A DNA stretch of 64,000 nucleotides, taken from assembly GCA_963693365.1 (NCBI GenBank), contig CAVNZM010000002.1, positions 3,612,259-3,676,258 on the forward strand, given 5' to 3'. This DNA is from Amoebidium appalachense. Taxonomy: Eukaryota; Protista; Ichthyosporea. Under the pieces are notes generated by a model that was not told the origin of the DNA, did no database searches, and was given only the letters and a program-made list of their open reading frames with translations. Shown here in pieces: positions 57,631-64,000 of this stretch; the first letter of the stretch is position 1, and every line of letters starts with the position of its first letter. The translations under genes and the position numbers were made by a program.

Positions 57631-58791
57631 ATGTCTGTTAAGCAGGACGTGTATTTCTCGGAGGCAGACACTAGCTGCCTTGAGGAGTTTTCTGAGTTTG
57701 AATACACCGACACAACCATTGAAGCAAGCACACCTCCTCTGACTGAGCACATAACTCCAAGCAAGCTAACTGCGCGACAATGTGAACTTTTCGAGCACGA
57801 CATGTTTGACTATGACTACACCCTTTGCTATCCCGTCTACGAGGCCTTCTTCACCGACAAAACTGAGACACAATTTTCAGACATGAACGACACAGAGCAA
57901 CCAAGTAACGGCACGCAGTCATCGGAGGGAATCTTCCTTTCCACCTATGCCACTTCTCCCATATTCGTTCCTTCCAACGACAGACCCCCCTTCCTCACCA
58001 CACAGGCAAGCAACGAAGACGCCACCATCAGCACAGCAAGCAACTTCGTGCACAAGAGCTACAACCCCTCTTCCACACCTGAAATGAGTCCGCCCTCCTA
58101 TCTTCTCAAGGGCACAGACAGTGGCTACCTGAGCCTGAGTGAGTGCAACAGCAACGGGGCATTCTCGAGTGGGTGTGAGAGCGAACCGTTTTGCGCAAAG
58201 GTGCACCCGAAGAACACGAACTTCAAGCCCTCTTCTATCTGTCCTTCATCCTCAAGCGACTGGGAGGAGCAGTGGAGTGGGTCGGAGGGAGAGTCAGATG
58301 TTTCGGAGTATGGGCCAAGCAGATGCACCAAGCAAGCCACCTACGGCAAAACGAAACCCAAGAACACACTCCAGTCACCTCCTGCACTCACCACCAAATC
58401 CGTCTTGAAACCCAACACGAAAAGTGCTCGCGCGGGCAAGTCCAAGAAACGAAACACAAAGAAACTGAACAACAAGAGCACACGGCACACCGCAAACAAA
58501 AAACACAACGAGGTCAACAAGAAAGAAGCCACCACTTCGTGCACGGAGAGCAGAAGGAGGTCGGAGGGTCCGGGTGTGAGACGTGGGGCATCTTTCTACG
58601 ACGGGCAGAGGGTTTGGAGCTGCATTATGGGTTCATGCGAAAAGAACTACACGACGTGCACGGCCCTTTTCTACCACATGAAGAATATTCACCGCGTTTC
58701 AAACCCCCGCCAGCACTATCGCGATGTTATGGACATGCCGAGCCACAAGTTGGTTCCCGTTAGCAAGCACGAGTCTGCAAAGTGTGCGTAG
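57631..58791 (+). CDS. Intronless ~386-aa S/T-rich protein with a single C-terminal C2H2 zinc finger (paralogue 2)
   Basis: First in-frame ATG at 57631 (AAAATGT); WSCIMGSCEKNYTTCTALFYHMKNIH; the last ~70 aa align with paralogue 1. Confidence 0.85.
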   Translation: MSVKQDVYFSEADTSCLEEFSEFEYTDTTIEASTPPLTEHITPSKLTARQCELFEHDMFDYDYTLCYPVYEAFFTDKTETQFSDMNDTEQPSNGTQSSEGIFLSTYATSPIFVPSNDRPPFLTTQASNEDATISTASNFVHKSYNPSSTPEMSPPSYLLKGTDSGYLSLSECNSNGAFSSGCESEPFCAKVHPKNTNFKPSSICPSSSSDWEEQWSGSEGESDVSEYGPSRCTKQATYGKTKPKNTLQSPPALTTKSVLKPNTKSARAGKSKKRNTKKLNNKSTRHTANKKHNEVNKKEATTSCTESRRRSEGPGVRRGASFYDGQRVWSCIMGSCEKNYTTCTALFYHMKNIHRVSNPRQHYRDVMDMPSHKLVPVSKHESAKCA

Positions 58792-59187
58792 AGTGGATGT
58801 GGCGTGTGTGTAATTGAAAACGGTGTGATATAACGCATTGTAGATATACTTTACTTTCTGCACTTTTCGCGCGATCTGAAATTGGTTGGGTTGGGTGAAG
58901 GTGTCTGTAGAGGGTACCCGTTTTTAGAACCGGGTTTCCAAAAATTCTGGACTTTTGCTTTAGTTTTTTGTTGTTTGGTGGTTATTCGTAGGTTTCTGGT
59001 ATACACGAGTTTCAGGAATGAAGGCAAATATGGTTTAAAGTTTTGACGCAGCAAATTTTTGTATAGTAGTTCCTCTTTGCAAATTCTATATTCCAGTAAA
59101 ACCCCGAAAAACGTGCTCCTTGTAAAAGCTTTTTTATTTTTTGAGTATGATTAATACGAGTTACTGAGAGAATGGCAGAGTAGGCGG

Positions 59188-59233
<46 letters not shown>

Positions 59234-59886
59234 GTATGAGTATTGCGAAAATTGTTATGTGCAATTCAGCGCGATTTTAAGCCAAAGTCATGGAAACACA
59301 CCTTGATTATCGTTTAACTGAGAACAGTGTTGTGTTTATAGGCCATAATGTTTAAGGTGCCAATAAGAATAACGGACTACTATTTAAGTAATTTGACACT
59401 GATACGTAAACGGATCCAAATAAAATTGTGTGCCGAGAGAAAATGAGTTTCAATCAATGGGTGGATTCGACTCGAGACCCCCCCCCCCCCCCCCCGGTGG
59501 GGGGGTCTGAATGATGCGCCCACACACATATACATATCCACACACACGCAAACACACACGTGCGCGCACCCACAGACAACAGAGCGCACATCCATGCCAT
59601 ATGCCGGGTGTACACATGCCTGCACTCGCGCGGTCACACACATAACACTTACAGAAGCACACACCCCTCACCCACACACAAGCGCACATGCGTGCGCCCA
59701 TACAGGCGCAGACAAACTGAATCTACACCGAAATATGTGCACAATAGTCACACACTTGCAAACAGAATAAACGCGTTTTGCCCCCACACAGCCACACATA
59801 CACACACCTTGCATGCGAGCACAGAGTAGAATTATTTGCGCTAACAACCCAGATATTTCGTCAAAGCGGAAAAAATTCTTTTTAAG

Positions 59887-59930
<44 letters not shown>

Positions 59931-60265
59931 CCCCCCCCCTCCACCCCCGCTTCACGCCAGCAAGCACACACACGAAAATACAAAGAGAAAGGAGGGGAAA
60001 TGATTATGGAAGAGGTTCAGCTCCCAACACCCACCTCAAGCCACCTTCTGTGGGGATGTTGGGTTTACCTTTATGAGGGATTCGAAGATTATGTGATATG
60101 CGATATAAGATGCTTCAACAGTTCCGAGTCTTCCCTTTACATCATTTTGCCGCACAATTTAAACCAAACGCCAATAAGTTGTGCGGCATTCATTGCACGT
60201 CTATTTTTTTGGTTAAGTGGTAGGTTGCACCAGCTCCCAGAGTTTCGAACTTTGCAGCAGGCCTA

Positions 60266-60302
<37 letters not shown>

Positions 60303-61022
60303 TCCCGCCTCCCCCTTTCCCCTCCCCCACCCAACCCTCCTCGCCTCCCCCCCTCCCCCTCCCCCCCCCCCCCCCTTCCCCCTCTTCCCCCCCACACCCT
60401 CCTCTCCTTACCCTCCAACCCACCTTGCCTCCCCCTCCCCCTCCCCCTCCCCCCCCCCCCCCCCCCCCCCCTCCCTCCTCCTGGGGGTGCCTTCTTCATG
60501 TGCGTCCAGTGTCTTTGTTATTTTTCTGCTCGGCAATGGTAGCAAAACGGTCCCCTCCCCCCCCCCTCCCTCCTGCTACTAATTATCAAATCTGCTCAAC
60601 CCCAACACTACCCCAACTGTGCACATGCGAGCTTTTATCTTATTTGGCATAAGGTGCACATGCGCATGTCTGGAAGTCACGTGTCATAATAATAGGCTAT
60701 TTTTGTACATGTTCCACGGTGCCGTGCCTTTGCACGCATGCGAACGTGTGCACTAGCGAGCCTTAAATTAGTATTTACCAAGTTCTTCGAACCTTTGTAG
60801 TTAAAAGTTAAATTTGATGCCTATTTATAATTGCTACAGTGGCTTCAAAGTTACGTAATGCCCCCACATGTGCATGTCCGTAAGTTAACTGCAGAAACTC
60901 AATCTGCTATTCCGTGGCGCTTGGGTATACTCGGCTGGGAAAAAGGACCCTTATGTGATGCCTATTTACAATGCAAGGCCACTGGTGGTACCACTGCTAC
61001 ATTTCCTATGTCCTGGGTAGAG

Positions 61023-61055
<33 letters not shown>

Positions 61056-61132
61056 CCATATTTCTGTATGTACTTCGTTAGAAACCTCCCCTGCCACATT
61101 TCCGTATGTACCAAAGATGTGCCAGGGCTAGA

Positions 61133-61175
<43 letters not shown>

Positions 61176-61796
61176 CCCCCCCCTCGGGGTACATTTTCGA
61201 TACCTACTTCAAGTTGGTAGAATCCCGCCTGGCATTTTATCGCATATACTGATTAGAATCCCTCCCCCTCCACTACGGAAAATTGTAAAAACCCACAAAT
61301 GTACGTGCGTGTGTTCACTTGACCTCGTGACGTGTATACGAGTGTGCTCCTGAGTGTTTGCATGTGAGTGTGTACGTGGTGTGTGTATACGTGTGCGAGC
61401 TTGTACACATCCTGTTAAACTTCAAATTGCTTTTTATTTATCCAACACATTATAAAAATCCTCCAAATTACATGACTTGTGACGCTGCAGCGGTATAGAT
61501 ATGTCTGCATGTATATGCTTAATTATATAGTACACGGATACAGTAGAAGGAAAATGCATACAAATGTCGTCGTTTCACCTGCCATTGTTCCATAATAGTA
61601 TGATAACAATCACATACTTCCTTATTAGCACAGCAAGATGTCCTTCGGAACTCCCAATAATACTTCTGTCATACAGCATTGACAATGACATACACATACA
61701 TGCAACATCGGTTCGAATATTTTTATAAATTTTATTAACCGGCGGTAAATAATAAAAAAATATATTCTTTTTGGCTGCATGCGGAAGTAGCAACGC

Positions 61797-61843
61797 TCAC
61801 TTGTGGCCCAATTGAGACTCCAGGTATTCCCGGTGCACTGTGA

Positions 61844-61902
<59 letters not shown>

Positions 61903-63086
61903 ATTCGTGCGTGTCTGTGAGCGCATGTCTTTGGATGTGTGTGTGGATGAGTACAAGGGTGGGTGTGTGTTAATGCCCGAGCACCCCCTCGATCCTGCAT
62001 GCGTGCTAACAGGCAGACACACCCATTCCCATATGTAGCAACAGGATGGTACTCGTTTTCATGAGTCACCAACTAATGACTTCTACACAACTTCGGCCTC
62101 TTCTAGGCAATGGCAAAACCCCATGTACGATCCATGGTCGTTTGTTTAGAAGGCACTATAAGTCCCTTCACACCTCGCCTGATTCATTCTGTAAAAGGGG
62201 AGACGCCCCCCTCCCACCCCACCCACCCCACCCCCCCTCCCCTCATTGCACATGACCCAGCCGATGAGTTTGAATGCTTGCGTGTGCATGTATATGCCAG
62301 CTGGAAGGGGGGAGGGGGGTGGGTGGAGCGGAAAGGGGGGGGGGGGAGGGGGGGGAAGGGGGGGGGGGAAGGAGAGAGAGAAGGGAGATAGAATCCAATC
62401 CAGAGTGCAAAGAACACATTCATAACGAACAACACAATGAAAAAATTTGCATACACAGGCGGAGCCCATCCTCGGGGAAGGGGTGGGAAAAAAGGGGGGG
62501 GGGGGGGTATGCGTTAGAGGGTTGGAAATATGGAGGAGACAACAAAGAGCAACATCAAAAACGTCACAAAATGAGAAGCGTGCAAGGGGGGGGGAGGAGG
62601 GGGGGGGAAGGGGTCACATACCAGCCAGACACTCCATGGAGCAGTATTTGAAGGTGAGCCGCTCAAAGGGGGTGACCCCCTTGAGATCCATACCGCAGTT
62701 AAAGCAGCCCCCTGATTGGACAGCAACCAGTGTTAAAACTGCAGACTACAACGCCACAAGTGGACTACACATGCGCTTTCGCGCCTTGCCATCCCTCTCC
62801 CCTGCCCTCTCCATCTCCCTCCCCCCCCCCCCTCCCCCTCTGTCTCTCAAACAAGGAAAGGACGGGGGGGGGGGGGGGGGGGGACATGGATGCTGCAAGC
62901 AGGAGGCACATGCATGCACTTGACTAGAATACACAACGTGACCTAGTAACTGAGTGAGTGAGAGAGGGGGCTTGGGGGGGGGGGGGGGGGGGGGGTTGAC
63001 ATCGACTACTATATCGAGTGCACATTTGTCTGTTTGAATGACAGGGGGGTGTAGCCTGGGTACCGTGTGTGTGTGTGGGTAAATGT

Positions 63087-63130
<44 letters not shown>

Positions 63131-63273
63131 ATGGTGGCATTTGTAGTGCTGGGTGGGGATAGGGGGGAGAAGGCGAGGATAATAGGGGGTGCCCGTAGAT
63201 GTGAGCGAGTGATTGGGTGCATGTGTGTGTGTCGAAAAGCCACATCGATGTAAATCTCTACTTATCTACATGT

Positions 63274-63326
<53 letters not shown>

Positions 63327-63400
63327 TGTGTATGTGTGTGTGTGTGTGTGGGAGTACGCCTGTGTGCGTATGTGTGCGCGTGCCTCTCTCTCTCACTCTA

Positions 63401-63447
<47 letters not shown>

Positions 63448-63462
63448 ACATTTCCCCCTGGG

Positions 63463-63556
<94 letters not shown>

Positions 63557-63572
63557 ACACACATTTCCCCCT

Positions 63573-63653
<81 letters not shown>

Positions 63654-63875
63654 CTGCATGTGTGGATATGTGCATGTGTGTGCATATGTGTGTCCACATG
63701 TGTGCATGTGTATACGTGTGCACATGTATGTGTGCATTTGTGTTTGCCACCTACCGGGGGGTGGCTGCCTGCCCTGCAGTGACATCTGCCTGGCCCTCTC
63801 CTTCTTCTGATTGGCTAGCTCCTGCTGCCTCTTTTCTGCTGCCAGTGCTCTCTTCTCTCTCTCCGTCATCACTTT
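61797..63875 (-). CDS. ANKZF1: 3' end of ANKZF1/Vms1 (coiled coil + Vms1-associated treble-clef finger); gene continues beyond the window
   Basis: Exons 63755-63875 (KVMTEREKRALAAEKR...), 62622-62711 (GCFNCGMDLKGVTPFERLTFKYCSMECLA) and 61797-61837 (VHREYLESQLGHK*), phases compatible; matches the ANKZF1 pattern REKRALAAERR...CxxCG..L.G.TPF..L.F..CS..CL..H. Confidence 0.88.
62395..62585 (-). mobile_element. Family B 3' fragment followed, across a C-tract, by a divergent GAGGATGGGCTC-headed copy
   Basis: Reverse complement: TTCTCATTTTGTGACGTTTTTG...TTTCCAACCTCTAACGCATA-Cn...CCCCGAGGATGGGCTCCGCC. Confidence 0.6.
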
Positions 63876-64000
63876 CTGTCACACATAACCCAACACATTC
63901 TATCGTTAGTTTCAACTCTGAACTAGGTTAAGTTTTTTCTGATACACAACCAACACACTTTATAGTTATTCTCCATCCCAGAGCCAGGTTCTTGCTAACA

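Noticed and set aside
55369-58763. Antisense and alternative-frame ORFs over the zinc-finger genes
   Set aside because: Shadows of the two long ORFs.

Overview
Eukaryotic, intron-dense genomic DNA saturated with (CA/TG)n, (CT/GA)n and long poly-C/poly-G tracts; most ORFs in the track are translations of these repeats. Manual splicing recovers four essentially complete genes: a 19-exon PDK1 kinase with C-terminal PH domain (-, 7475-22682), a GPR137/TM7SF1-like 7TM protein (+, from 24557, 3' end uncertain), a 14-exon LRR + BC/SOCS-box + Cys-rich protein of LRRC58/LRRC28 type (+, 40549-50496) and a divergent 2-exon ARF GTPase (+). It also recovers the 3' end of ANKZF1/Vms1 (-), a poorly resolved acidic/AT-hook gene at the left edge, and a head-to-head pair of intronless single-C2H2-finger paralogues. 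Mobile DNA: two copies of a TTAA-flanked piggyBac-like MITE, a TTAA-flanked Kolobok-like foldback element carrying an internal LINE reverse-transcriptase fragment, and a dispersed, structured, 5'-truncated repeat family whose copies end in C-tracts rather than poly(A). The gene set would fit a unicellular opisthokont/holozoan-like protist (inference only). Best leads: the C-tract-associated retroposon family, a splice-site code built on microsatellites and C-tracts (including a tandem array of duplicated 3' splice sites), the divergent zinc-finger pair, and the TIR element with captured RT. All coordinates were read by eye and no database search was run.
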